In this document: one piece after another, positions 37,412-51,121 of the stretch
Position numbering within the stretch: the first letter of the stretch is position 1
Layout of the letters: each line of letters opens with the position of its first letter
From: Malacoraja senta
Taxonomy: Eukaryota
Length of the DNA: 60,000 bases
NCBI GenBank assembly: GCA_038087875.1
Contig: CM075987.1
Location: forward strand, 21,206,001-21,266,000
Direction of reading: 5' to 3'
Position numbers and translations under genes: made by a program
The notes under the pieces: generated by a model
Databases searched by the model: none
The model's input: only the letters and a program-made list of their open reading frames with translations
Told to the model about the DNA's origin: nothing

Positions 37412-39162
37412 ATTCTGCGGACCATGAAATGGCCATTTCTCCAATGCTGCCACGGAGAGACAAAGACACAGATGGCACCTTGGACGATGATCGTTTACAG
37501 TCTTCCACCAAAGAGAAAGGCAAATCCAGTTCAATCTTCAGCTCTTTCATTAAGAAGAAGAAAAAGACTGCACCCACACCACCAAAGCGCAGTAGCTCAT
37601 TCCGCGACATGGACGGGCAGGTGGACAAAAAGGAAGCGGCAGAGGACATCAGCATAGTTACTAAAGATACTAACAATGGAACTTGTGTGAACAGCATGAT
37701 GCCTCCCGACACAATAGATCCTGGAAAATTTCAGCACTCGCTTAGCACTGGGCCACAAAGTACAAACAATGGAGCCGGAGGGGTTGCCAATGGCAGTTTC
37801 TTGGGAACAACAGGGTTCTTTCTGCATTCGAAGAAGTCCAGTACATTAGCTGCAGGCAAACCAGTTGGGAATGAAGAGGAACTGCTCTCAAATTCAAAGC
37901 GCTTCTTGAGATCTTGCTCTGCATCATCGATGCCTCCTGGAAACAAGGACACGGAGAGGAAAGCATTGACACTCCCTCGAGACCTCCAGTCTGCAGGGAA
38001 ACTGTCCGATCCTGCCGGGATCTTAAGTTGCGACAGGAATGAGAAGCCAGCCTTGCCTCGAAAGAGGACAAATGAAACTAAAGTGGACATTGCTCCTCGG
38101 ATAAGCCAAACTGCACCATCTCGACTACCGAAAAAGACTGACGAATTAAATGATGATGTTTTTAATAATGTGGAGTCCAGTCCGAGCTCAAGCCCACCGT
38201 CATCCACTCCAAAGATCGTCCGCAGGCAACCCACAGTCATTACATCAATCAGTCTCATCCCGAAGGACAAGGATGACGGTGGGAAGACTTGTGCCTTAAG
38301 TTCTGCTTCCCAACAGGACCATATCTCCTCTAGTGTTGCTGCTTGCACATCCAAACACAGCTCCACGTCGATCCTGGGCGGGGTGAAGCTGCTGAACGCA
38401 GATTCCAAGGTACGAAGGTTCAGGCAGCCTCCCGACCAGCTCCTGTCGGCCCCCGTAAGAGACCGGGGTAAATTGCAGAAATCTAAGCCAGCTCCTCCTC
38501 CGCCACCAGGTGTGAAATCTGTTCGACCGTCTCGAAGCCCGACCCACGAGACAACGGGCGAGACTTCTGTGAGCATCAAGCTCAAGCAGTCCACCCAGGG
38601 TGCCGACCCTGTGAACAGTGATGCTTCGAAGCCCGGTCACCCTGGGGATGTGGCGAAAAGACCTGCCCTCCATTCGGTAGCAAAGTCTCAATCATCCACG
38701 AAGACATCGACCCCCAACTCAACCGCATCCTCACTCTCTGCACAGTCTGCCCTAGCAAGCCCCAGTAGTGACCAGCAGTCCTCCGCAACCACAGCCTTCA
38801 TCCCGCTCATCTCCACCAGAGTGTCCTTACGCAAGACACGACAGCAGCCAGAGAGGATCACCAGTGCCAACATTACCAAGGACACCGTTTTACAGAGCAC
38901 CGAGGCGTTGCGGGTCGCCATTGGAAAGAACTCTGAGCAGATGGCCAGCCACAGTGCGGTGCTGGAGGCGGGCAAGAATCTATACACCTTCTGCGTTAGC
39001 TACGTTGACTCCATCCAGCAAATGCGCAATAAGTTTGCCTTTAGGGAGGCCATCAACAAGCTGGAGTGCAACTTACGGCAGTTACAGATCTGCTCAGCCA
39101 GTCAGGACTTCACAAAACTGCTCTCATCTGTGAAAGAAATCAGTGACATTGTCCAGAGGTAG
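37412..39162 (+). CDS. ABL1: ABL1 last coding exon (exon 11 equivalent): NLS, PxxP motifs, DNA-binding region, F-actin-binding domain, stop
   Basis: ctccag|AT TCT... to TAG at 39160-39162; IKKKKKTAPTPPKRSSSFR, TLPRDLQS, KPALPRKR, C-terminus LLSSVKEISDIVQR (ABL1-type). Confidence 0.97.
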
Positions 39163-42100
39163 CAAAGGCTCAGGGGGTGTGGGCGCGAGGGGAAAAAAGT
39201 ATATTGTCAAAAAGCTGCTCCCAGACTCCAAAACAGTGTGATAGAATCAGGGGAAAGACTTGAATTGGGCTGACTGCCAGGAGTGTATGTGGAAGCATGG
39301 CTTTCATTGCTTGGTAGCCCTGTTAATTCCCCATGTTTGCTTCAGTTTCCTCTTGTCAGAGTTTTGTTATTGCATTGTATTTTATAACACAGAAACAGGA
39401 GTCAGCCAACCGGATCTGTGCCAGTATTTAGACTTCACACAAGCCCTTACTCACCTTTCTGCATCTTGACCATTTACATCTATTCATTCCTCACTCGTGC
39501 TTATTCACATCAGTTGGGTCTGAAGGAATTTCTGATTCCTTGATGCAGAGTGTAAACTCTGAGAAGCCATTGTGGTCATTTGCCTGTTATGATTTGAGGT
39601 TTGTAAACTGTTAATTAAGCCTCCTGCCCTTGGTGTGATGCAGTACCCGCACTGAATCAACTGCATTAATTTCACCTTGAAGCACAAGTTCCACTTGGGA
39701 GCAGCTGTGATCATTAGGATGACGTGCCAGCGCTGCTCCCTCTTCCTTAGAAAACTAGTTTTTCACTTGTTCAAGGCCTTTCATAATTATTTTTGGAAAA
39801 TGTATTCCTCATGATCAAATTAGTCATTAGAAACATTGGCATGCTTACGCACCTCGCATCTTTTGCCATTCACCACCCTCTGTCTGGAATATGTCTGACT
39901 TCATTCTCATTCCATTACCCACTCCCTCCCTTGACTCTGTCCCTATTAAACATTTCCTTAGAGCGTTCCAAATAGATCATTGTGGATCTGCCTTTCTTAT
40001 CCTGATAGTTATAATATAAATATAATAGGATATAGAATCAGGAATAAAAACTAAGCTATGCCAGGAGTTTCTCAATAGTTTATCTCCATTACTGATACAC
40101 TGCAGTTTGAAGGCTTCGGAAATGGAGGCTAGTGGAAGGTAGGGGCAGGGGACTAACTAAAGTTTAGGCCCATGCAAACCATTGAGCTGCAGATATTGGT
40201 TGATTTTATCCCATTAATTGGAAGTAAGTGGTTTGGAAGTTCTTTCATATATATATATTTAGAAACTGGGCAATAAAAATCAAACCAAACTAATTATGCC
40301 GTACCCCTCGATCAAGTTAATTGAAACAATTCTGAGTGACTATGGCATCATTAAATCTTTTGTGTGAGTTACTGAGTTGGAGAAAGGACAGGACTTGTAG
40401 TAAACAAATTTGCACTGAAAGTGATTTCCATTTAAGAAGCAGCTCATGGCAAACTATATTCTCCCATCGGAATAAGGCATCTTACCCAGAGAAATGAGTG
40501 GAGGATAATTGCATATAAATTATGTGCGTGACATTGATCTCAGTCACTAAACAGTAAAGATGGACCACAAGCTTCATTGAATGGGAATTATGCAGTTGTT
40601 ATCTCTGTTTCAATAGTGTTAGCACAGTACGCAGCTGTACTGGTCATCTGCCCACAATCTCATTGAGGGATTTGGCCACATTTTCTGCAATGCAAAATTA
40701 CACAGTTACCCGTCGTGTGCAAAACAATGTCCTGAGGATTTTAAGGGTATAATACAAATGCAAGGTCTTCTACAACAAAAACGCTCGCTATTTCTCTCAA
40801 CCTTCTTAGTGCAGTGCGTATGATCCCTGCATTAATTTAAAATGTGTCCAGGGGAAATTAACAGAGCCTAATCTCCATTGAAGATTATATATTCCTTGCC
40901 AAATCAATATTACTGACATTCAGCAATGTGAGTGTAATGGATATTTTAATCAATGTCAAAATTGGTTCTGAGAACTAATAAGTAACATTAACTTTGGTGA
41001 CTGAAGCAAACATGGGGACATGGCCCATCATTCAATATTTACATTTTGTCTCAGTCCTGCTAAAACTGAGATCTATTCACAGGGCTTGAATGCAATATTT
41101 CTCATAAGTGGTAAAGTTTTATGTGTTCTCTTCTGCAATTAAAATTGCTACCAGCAGTAAATGTATTTTTCCAATCACTAAACTCACTCAAGCAAACTAA
41201 GTCAAGTCATTTGAAACAAATGGAACACTTTGACTTAGCCTGTGAATTTCACCAACCAGAGCCTTTCTAATGAATGCAGAACTTGCCCGTAAAAATTGAA
41301 AAATTTGTAAGTATTTTGTTAATTGCTGGGTTGAGTCAAGACCTTTGATCAAGGCCGCCCGCTGATAATCTCATTCCTGGTGACAGTGTGAACTCACAGT
41401 TTAATGAGTTTGTTTTGGGGTTGGGATAAGGTGGGGGGTGAGCTGGGTGTGCCAGTGGATAGGGGAAGAACATTCTGTTTTAATTTGATGGCATCACACA
41501 GACGCAGCCTGTAATAAAGCTGGTAAAGTGTATGCTATGCACTGCTTCTGGGGCAGTCGTCTTTTGTCATAGCTGGCTTAGCATATGTGACACTTCTCAC
41601 TCTGAATCATTAAGGGCTTGGAAAAGAGACCCATAGAAGCACAATGTGAAATATCAAGATGGTCTAGATGTGAAGTTTACCTTTACACTTTAGTTTTATT
41701 AAGTATTGCCTTAAATTCCTCCATACAGCAGTTAAAGATTGATTCAGCCAAACATGTTTTTCAAAGTTTGTTATCCAGTTGTGTAATGACTTCAGCATCC
41801 ACCAAACTCTTCAACTATAAAGTTATTTTTTTGTTGGTTCTTAGAATGAGATTTATTTGTATTATAATTGTAGAACTGCACTGCGTCAAAATCTGGAGAA
41901 GGAAGGCTAAATGTGGCACATCAGAGTCAAAACTGTATGTTAATCTGAGGGTTTGCCTCTTTATTTTTATTCCACTTAATGATCTGAAAAGACTTGAAAA
42001 GTAATCGAATACTTGTATATTTTCTACGCTGAGGTCTAGCTTCATTGCTAAGGCTCCTGTATAAACAGTTCGGAACTGTTCTTTATTCTCTTGTGATTCC

Positions 42101-43984
42101 CTCATCACAGTGATGATCACTGAAGATTTACTAGCCTCCGAAATAACCAGTCGGGAAACACCTGATTCTCCTGACACTGGTTGGATTTCCAAAGCTGCTC
42201 TATTTTCATTCTGTACGCTGTAGCAGTATTCATTATGTACAAAGAGATTTTCAGTTTCCAAATACAATGTGACAGGGAAGAAGGCACAATGTTGGCGAGT
42301 ACAGACTCTATTCTTTCACCCCTCCAAACAATACTACAAATGCTCTTAAGTTAAACTTTACAATTGTTTTGATGGATCCCCTCGGCATCGGAATTGGAGA
42401 TTTGATTGCAAGCATAATATCAGCGTACACGAATGCTTTAAAAATATGCCACCAGCTTCTTGTGCATGGATTTGCATGGACACCAGTAATATCCTTATTG
42501 TAAACTTGTGTCAGATTAAAAAACAAGATCATCACAAAATTATTACCAGGAAGCAGATTATAGAATTAATTTATCCATTTGTCCACTGTGTCTGGATTTG
42601 AACTGTTAGGAACAAGAATTGGCTATTCATCATCTATCCATTTGTTTCTGTTTTGGTTTATCCATGCTTCAACACCTTTGTTTCATATCCCTGAACTCTC
42701 ACTCAACAAAAATCTATTGAATTTAGTCTTAAATTGCAGTTGCCCTTCTTTCCCCAGCATCCACAACATTTGCAGGGTTGGACCACAAGACCTCTCAACT
42801 TTGCATGAAAACGTGCTTGCAGTTTTTCCTCAATTGTTATGGATTCTCCTCCAATTGTTGATTTATAAAACCTCTTTATAATTTTAAACTCCAGTGTTCA
42901 AGTCAACCTTCAATATTCTCTCAAAATGATATATTTTATGAAACTTGTCCCACAAAATGATTCCATAAAACCTATTGTAATTTAGGTGAAAAGAAGCTTT
43001 CAAAGGTTTATGCTGAGATGCTAAACCCAGAATAGCATGTGTTTGCACAGTGTTTATGAGGAATGCAGACTGGTTAGAAATCCATGTCAGAGGTATTTTA
43101 ATCTATCTTGGGGTTTATTTTGCTTAGTTATTTGCTGGTACCATCTATCAGGACCAGAATGGCAGAATAATGAGTGTTGGTGTTCTTGTCATTGCATCTG
43201 ATTTTAGAAACCTAGCACTGTACAACCACAAGATGGACAGTTAAAATATCTAATTGGTAACAATTGATAATCTATCAGCACCAATAAGATACTTCTCCTT
43301 GCATCTTATTTCCATAAATCTTGTCCTTTTATCAACTCTGGTTACTTCATTCACTCACCAGAGTTCTTTTTTCCAGGGGAACAGAATGTAATTAGCTGGT
43401 TTTGTTTTGCCAGGATGTTATGGAAACGATTTCAAAGCAGAAAATTGGAGAAGCAAAGATAATCTACCACCCTGCTTCATTTCATCATAACTTTAACTTC
43501 CTTCCTGCCTGTTTATCTAACCTTCCCCTAAAAGTGTCAATCCTCTCTTCTAACTCTAGCACAATCTGTTCCATTCTCTCCCCAGTGTTTTTAGACAGGC
43601 GCGAGCCTCAGTTAAGTCGGACTTTCAGGGAGAGCCATTACGTTCTGATGTTGCCTCTTGATTGTGTGCTTGAAGTCTGGGATTCCGGATGTTTGGGACC
43701 AAGCACGTACACTCGCAATTTCCTATCAGAATGTAGTCAGACCTATTATGTGCAGAGGTGGTAATATGACCTTTTAAAATAACATGATTAAAGTCTGATT
43801 CGTTCCATTATTTCTCCCTGGTGTCAAGTGCCACCATCACGAGGTAGATAAATTGATTACTTTTTGAGTGTTAACAAAAGGAGGGTTTTTTATTTTTTAG
43901 GATGTAACAGAAAACTAAGACTATCTGGAAACACTTAACTGGTGGGCTGCTTGTGACTTTGCTCAGGGTTGGTGGAGCTTTGCT

Positions 43985-44290
43985 TTAGATTTTAGAGATA
44001 CTGTGTGGAAATGGGCCTTCGGCCCACTGAGTCCGCACCAACCCGCGATCGCCTCCTGCACTAGCACTATCCTACACACTAGGGGCAATTTACACTTCAC
44101 AGAAGCAAATTAATCTACAAACCTATACATTTGTTGTCTTTGGAGTGTGGGAGAAAACCAGAGCACCCAGGGAAAACCCAAGCAGTCACAGGGAGAATGT
44201 TAAAAAAACAGTACAGATAGCAACCGTAGGTAGGATTGAACCCAATTGTGTCTGGCGCTGTGAGGCCGCAACTCTACCGCTGCACCACTG
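43985..44290 (-). mobile_element. tRNA-derived V-SINE-like element with CR1-type 3' tail
   Basis: Minus strand cagtggtgcagcggtagagttgc (A box), ggttcaatcc (B box), ctccctgtgac...ggtttctccc core, ggccgaaggccc tail. Confidence 0.8.
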
Positions 44291-44554
44291 TTGTGTATTA
44301 CAGGATGATATGTGGTGTACTGTGTATCCTGCAGTAAATAAACAACTAGCTGACTACTGGAAAGATCGCAAGTTTAATTCAGTATAGAGCAGACGTGTTG
44401 GAGACTAATTGTGCTTGAGAAGGTTTAGAAAAATTATGTTGTAAGGCTACTGTGAGCTAGACTGTGAGATCATAATGACGAGGTTAGTTGGGCCCTCCAA
44501 TAGCTGAAGAAATTAAAGGATCGGACCAAAAAGTTGACAGCTTTTTGTGTCCAC

Positions 44555-45692
44555 ATAGAAACATAGAAAATAGGTGCAGGAGTATAGGCCATTCGGCCCT
44601 TCGAGCCTGCACCGCCATTCAATATGATCATGGCTGATCATCCAACTCAGTATCCTGTACCTACCTTCTCTCCATACCCCCTGATACCTTTAGCCACAAG
44701 GGCCACATCTAACTCCCTCTTAAATATAGCCAATGAACTGGCCTCAACTACATTCTGTGGCAGAGAGTTCCAGAGATTCACCACTCTGCGTGAAAAATGT
44801 TTTTCTCATCTCGGTCCTAAAAGATTTCCCCCTTATCCTTAAACTGTGACCCCTTGTTCTGGACTTCCCCAACATCGGGAACAATCTTCCTGCATCTAGC
44901 CTGTCCAACCCCTCAAGAATTTTGTAAGTTTCTATAAGATTCCCCCCTCAATCTTCTAAATTCTAGCGAGTACAAGCCAAGTCTATCCAGTCTTTCTTCA
45001 TATGAAAGTCCTGACATCCCAGGAATCAGTCTGGTGAACCTTCTCTGTACTCACTATGGCAAGAATGTCTTTCCTCAGATTAGGAGACCAAAACTGTATG
45101 CAATACTCCAGGTGTGGTCTCACCAAGACCCTGTACAACTGCAGTAGAACCTCCCTGCTCCTATACTCAAATCCTTTTGCTATGAATGCTAACATACCAT
45201 TCGCTTTCTTCACTGCCTGCTGCACCTGCATGCCTACTTTCAATGACTGGTGTACCATGACAACCAGGTCTCGTAGCATCTCCACTTTTCCTAATCGTCC
45301 ACCATTCAGATAAGTCTACTTTCCTGTTTTTGCTACCAAAGTGGATAACCTCACATTTATCCACATTATACTGCATCTGCCATGCATTTGCCCTCTCACC
45401 CAGCCTATCCAAGTCACCTTGCAGCCTCCTAGCATCCTCCTCACAGCTAACATTGCCCCCCAGCTTCGTGTCATCCGCAAACTTGGAGATGTTGCATTCA
45501 ATTCCCTCTTCCAAATCATTAATATATATTGTAAATAGCTGGGGTTCCAGCACTGAGCCTTGCGGTACCCCACTAGTCACTGCCTGCCATTCTGAAAAGG
45601 ACCCGTTTACTCCTACTCTTTGCTTCCTGTCTGCCAGCCAGTTCTCTATCCACATCAATACTGAACCCCCAATACCATGTGCTTTAAGTTTG
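44555..45692 (-). mobile_element. CR1 3' fragment, near-identical by eye to 10593-11730
   Basis: Same tail and RT segment (SGVPQGSVL, KFADDTKLGG) with a few frameshifts. Confidence 0.93.
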
Positions 45693-45699
45693 CATCACT

Positions 45700-45860
45700 G
45701 TCTATATCTTTCGTTTCCCTGATGCCAAACCAGTCTGAAGGGTCTTGATCTGAAACATCACCCATTCCTTCTCTCCAGAGATGCTGCCTGCCCTGTTGAG
45801 TTACTCCAGCTTTTTGTGTCTATCTTCGGTTTAAACCAGCATCTGCAGTTTCTTCTTGCA
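45700..45860 (+). mobile_element. Penelope-type terminal-repeat fragment
   Basis: agtctgaagggtcttgatctgaaacatcacccattccttctctccagagatgctgcc, same family as 25192 and 48250. Confidence 0.6.
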
Positions 45861-48249
45861 TAAAATGTTGCTTGGTTCTCAGCCATGGTGTAACCCAGCC
45901 TGTCAATTACTGGAGACGGCCTCATGATTTTGCTTCAACCTCTGTCGTCCAGATTATGTTCCAGCCCTTTGCAGTTGGTCATGTTATAATCAGATTTTTA
46001 AAAACATAGCCAAACACAATATTTCCTGTTAATGTAGGCTAAAAAACAAATTTCCAGCTAAGCACTTGTTTTATATCAAAAGATGTGGATGAATATATAT
46101 TTGATAGAGGTGACATGCCAGTAAACCAAAGGCACATTTGAGAAGATAGTTAGGAATTTGTTCAGTTTATGGTTAATATTACTCACGTAGCAAGGAAGCA
46201 GGCTCATTCATGCCGACCAGGATGCCGTCAAATTTAGTCCCATTTGGCCCATATCCCTTTAAACCTTTGCTGTCCATATAACGGTCCAAATGTCTATTTT
46301 ATTGTTAAATAGGTGCACATAATTGCAATTTAGTTTGTGATATAAAACGTTGTTGGTCCAGCAGTTGCACTGGAAGAAATTCCCTTCCAGAGACCAGTTG
46401 AAGTGTTAAAACACCTGCTTGATTTTTTACAACCAAGATTCCTCATTATGATCAGATTTCCCCCTCTTTCTGCTTCCCACCCTCCCCCCACATAAAGAAA
46501 AACTAATTCACGATTAGAGCTTTCAGAGTGATTCTAGTTTTCTATCCTGACTATTTGTGTGTAGTTGTTATTCTAATAACATTATGCAAAAACATGGCTA
46601 CATTTCAAAATACTACGCAATTAAAAAAAAAAAAATACATTAAGCACTTGAAATGAAATTACGGTGTTTTGTAAAGGGAGGCAAGGATGTGATCTGGAAT
46701 AATTCCCTTTATCCTGTCTTAAAAAGCCTATGTTAGGTTGTTTTTTGTGGGAGCTGTTGAATGGGCTTGGAACCTTGTAGCTTGAAACTGAGGAAGACAT
46801 TCAGTCTGTTGTGATGATTCAAGAAGGGAATTTAAAATAATAAAGCAGGTTGATGTTGCCACAAAATTAATCCAGTGTCCTTCCAGCAGTTTATCTTTTG
46901 CAGTCATGGCTGTGAATTATCCTCTGCACCTAATATAATACAGGTCACGCTGTGTGTGGTGACCAGAGTATGGTGGGTGTGTATGGTGAGCACATTATTT
47001 ATTTATTTATTTATCTCAGGTTTTACGGCTTTATTTTTCCCTGGCCTCCTCTTCCCATTGTCACTCACTTGTACACATCTGTCAGTCTAACGAGCTCCAG
47101 GCATTCAGACACCCTAACCTGGTGACTGACGTTTTAGAGATAAATATCCCCAAAGAATATCATGTCCTCAAACAAATCCTTTTGAGATGGTATCGGTTGA
47201 CCAATGTAGGCAATCTCAGTCCCAGCTTCCTATATCAGTGTCTTTTCCAGAAATAACCTGTTTTTTTAATGAGTACTGTGAGACATCTAATGGGTGTAGG
47301 CTTCAGCTTAAGCGAGGAGATGTTTGGCAGTATCATTCTTCAATAGGGTGCCGTACAAATGTGTGGCTCCAACTCCCCTCTTCAAAACTTTAGTCTCAAA
47401 TCATTCGCCCTTCCTGACATGTGCTTTTCTTATCCTCCATGCTTGCAGTCTGGAGACAGCAAATAAATTATTGATCCTTCTTTAGAAATAAATAATTCCA
47501 ACATCAAGTGCGACATGCAGCTGCTACCTGTGCTCAGCGTGATTAAAATTCTGCCAATTCTGAAACCGTTGTTTGCCATGAATTTGGAATTGTTTACTGT
47601 TCTCTAATACCCAATGTAAAGACACGCAGTAACAATTGAGTCCTGAATGTTAATGTGGCCACACACTGGCTCCTGGGCCAGTGGACACACACTGTCTTAT
47701 AAATATTGTGAGGCAGACCTTTTTTTCAAAACTTGCTCAGAACACACTTTGTAATTAACCCCTCAAAATAAAACCTCTCTGCAATATGATTGTGCGTACG
47801 GTATTATTTGCAATCGCATTGGTTCAAATTTAGTTTTAAAGACATTTTCAGTATTAGTATCATGTTCTGACCTCTTATCACTCTAGGCCTTACTGTGAGT
47901 TGGAAACGAAAATTAAAATCGCACGCAAGTTGCCTTTTCTTAAGAACAGAATCTATTCTTTTTTGCCAGGGTACGGTTTTATTTTATTTGGACAACATAA
48001 TGTGCCACTATTACCATTGATTTTTCTCTCTTACCAGCAATGTGTTGGGTGATTAATGTATTCCTTGTATGTGTAAGTGTCTTTTTGTATCTGTAACATC
48101 TATGGTGCAATTTTAATTTCTGGTCAAATACAGTTTGTTTATGTACATGATGATTCATGGCTTTTTACTTATTCCAAATGAAACACTCAAGTGATACACA
48201 CCTCTCCAGCTGTCTCTCATTGCATAATGAACATCTGGTTCCTCAGAGA

Positions 48250-48343
48250 ATCTGAAGAAGGGTCTCGACCCGAAACGTCACCGATTCCTTCTCTTCAGAG
48301 ATGCTGCCTGTCTTGCTGAGTTACTCCAGCATATTGTGTCTTA
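48250..48343 (+). mobile_element. 94-bp Penelope-type repeat with an intact hammerhead core
   Basis: CTGAAGA-a-GGGT(ctcg)ACCC-GAAA-C-GTC at 48252-48279; 10-bp TSD tcctcagaga (48240-48249 and 48344-48353). Confidence 0.7.
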
Positions 48344-49221
48344 TCCTCAGAGACCTATTGGCTGATTGAGTATCAGCCAGGGTTCAATGAGTAGCTCTCC
48401 TGAGTCAGAAAGCTGCTCAAGTTTTGCTGAAGAAAACAATGCAAATGATGTGCTCAGTCTTTGTATTGAGTGGTATAGTACACTAATCAGGTGAGACATG
48501 TCATCTTACATGGATGTAAACTGCATTACACTATATTGAAGAAACTTACTGTCACTAAAAACTGATTGCATTTACAGTATTTTAATGGCCTGCGGGTGGT
48601 AAAGCATCCCATACAAAAACAAATTGTCCTCTCTTGCCATTCTTGAGTTAAAATTTATTACTTGGAATTGAAGCTAATGGACTGTTACAAACAGAGCAGC
48701 TAACTCAATCTCTGCTACAATTTTTGATCAGTAAATCGGAGCCAGAGAAAGTAAAGGATATTGTCCACCACTCCAGTGACTGTTCAAAAAATAAATCAAA
48801 CTTAATCAGGTAATATTCTAAACTACTCTGATCAACATGAAATTTCAAAGTCAGTCTTTCCCTAATTATAAACTTTTTTCCCCAACAACAGATGTTAGGC
48901 TAATTGATCTATAGTTTCCTGGTTTCACTCTGTCACTTTTTTTTAAACCACTAATTGCAAGATCAGGCCAGGGCTGGCTTTCCTGCAGTTAAAGACTCGC
49001 CTCCTGCCACCTAAGAGGTTTTCCACAATCTGCAGTTATAAGTTAGGATTTGCCTGGAGAAGTACACCTCCAACACCTCTCAAGAAGCCCAAAACTAACC
49101 TACACCTGCTCGCTTAATTTCCTCCTCCCTCCCCAACTGGCAACATGGCTGTAATGAGTACCATCTAAAATATATTAGCTTTACACACATATGCTACTCA
49201 AATCCATGCGCTCTACCACTG

Positions 49222-50652
49222 AACGTCTGGTGAAACCCCACATTACTGCCAGCCTCCCCTCATCGTTAGACCCCCTCCAGTTTGCCTATCGCCCCAACCG
49301 TTCTACAGAGGATGCCATCTCTACCACGCTGCACACAGTGCTAACGCATCTGGAAAAAAGAAACACATACGCCAGAATCCTGTACATTGACTTCAGCTTT
49401 GCGTTCAACACCATCATCCCACAGAGACTTGTGGAGAAACTAACCCTGCTGGGCCTCAACACCACCCTGTGTCACTGGATCTTGGACTTTCTGACAGAGA
49501 GACCACAGACAGTCCGTGTGGGCAAGAACACTTCAGGCTCGATCACGCTGAGCACCGGCTCCCCTCAAGGCTGTGTGCTCAGCCCGCTGTTGTTCACATT
49601 GCTCACACATGACTGCTGCCAGATTCAGGGACAATAAGATCATAAAATTCACGGATGACACAACAGTGGTGGGACTCATCAGCGGAGATGATGAATCAAT
49701 GTACAGGGAGGAAGTAAAACAACTAGTGGACTGGTGCGGCAAAAATAATCTTGAATTAAATGTCGACAAAACAAAGGAGATGGTTGTCGACTTCAGGAGG
49801 GCGCAGCCAAAGCATGCACCCCTTAACATCAGTGGCGCCACAGTGGAGAGAGTGGAGAGCATAAAGTTCCTCGGGGTGCAAATTACAGACAGCCTCACCT
49901 GGTCCAGAAACACCACTGGGACCGTAAAAAGGGCCCATCAGCGACTGCACTTCCTGAGGAAACTAAAACAGGCCTCACTCCCCACCAACATCCTCAGGAC
50001 TTTCTACAGGGGTACGGTGGAATCTGTACTCGCGTACTGTTTAAATACGTGGTACTCCACCTGCAACTGCTCGGACAGGGAGGCTCTGCAGAGGGTAGTG
50101 AGGGGAGCAGAGAAGATCATTGGCGTCTCCCTACCCTCGGTACAAGAACTGTTCCTGAGCCGCTGTCGGAAAAAAGCTCAGCGAATTGCTAAGGACAAAC
50201 TGCACCCCCTTCACATACACCTGGATCTCCTGCCATCAGGCAAGAGATATTGCAGCATCAAAGCCCGGACTACAAGACTGCTAAACAGCTTCCTGCCATA
50301 TGCTGTGAGGCTGCTAAACAGCCACTCCCTACTCAGTCACCTGATTCTGCGGCTTGGCACGGACACTATAATAACTGGCACTGGCCACTTCAATAACTGG
50401 CACTGGCCACTCAAATCAGCCACCCCGGACATGTTTATGATTGGTCTTACTGTATTTTAACGTTGTCTTTATCTATTTCTTAACTTTATACTGTTCCATC
50501 AGGGACTGGATTGTTTTTAGTGTTGTTATTATTTGTGAAATGTTTTAAACTTCATGTGCGATGCTCCAGTATTCCCTGGGAAACGTCTTTTCGTTTTGCA
50601 CTGCACAACTGTTGCTTGCAAGATGACAATAAAGGAATTGAATTGAATTGAA
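49222..50652 (+). mobile_element. Rex1/Babar-like LINE, 5'-truncated RT fragment with one frameshift
   Basis: [51 protein letters not shown]; tail gacaataaag followed by (GAATT)n. Confidence 0.92.
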
Positions 50653-51080
50653 GTGCAGCAGAACACCACCAACTGCAGCTTCATGTCACACACAATACTG
50701 ATCGGAAACCAGTCCCCTATTGCTGGATCTAACTTCTGCACTAATGAGTTCTCAAATACCAATAAATAAAAAAGTGTTTTATGCAATTCTTACAATCCGA
50801 AGGAATGGTTGCTAGGCTGAGATAATTTGCAAATGATTTCATCAAAATTAAAGTGCAAGATGGTAGTGCACAGATATCTTAAAGGAGATTTCAACTTTCA
50901 AACTAAAACCTTCATGGTTATTCTCAATAGGCCTACCACACAGCACAAAGGAAGCTCATTCTTTCAATGGGTCAATATTCAACTTTATGGTAATGTAAAT
51001 GGATTTTTACTACATTAGACAATTTATGAATGTCAGTTATGTATTACTCTGGTAGAGACAAACCCAGTCTATTACAATAT

Positions 51081-51086
51081 TTTATT
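51081..51086 (-). terminator. EXOSC2: Candidate EXOSC2 polyadenylation signal AATAAA
   Basis: AATAAA 35 nt after the stop codon, followed by GU-rich TGGGTTTGTCT. Confidence 0.6.
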
Positions 51087-51121
51087 CAAAATATTTAACA
51101 AAAATAAAGTTGGTGTTGACG

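Noticed and set aside
37374..38987. Long minus-strand ORFs (e.g. 37731-38594, 287 aa) opposite ABL1 exon 11
   Set aside because: Antisense shadows of a GC-rich Ser/Pro-rich exon; no recognisable domain or splice structure.
39163..51080. A QRFP gene or other small gene between ABL1 and EXOSC2 (ORFs 41618-42004, 41815-42267, 43402-43764)
   Set aside because: No RFamide precursor motif, splice pattern or known domain recognised; 43480-43800 looks like decayed LINE. A TBLASTN search would be needed to exclude a gene fully.
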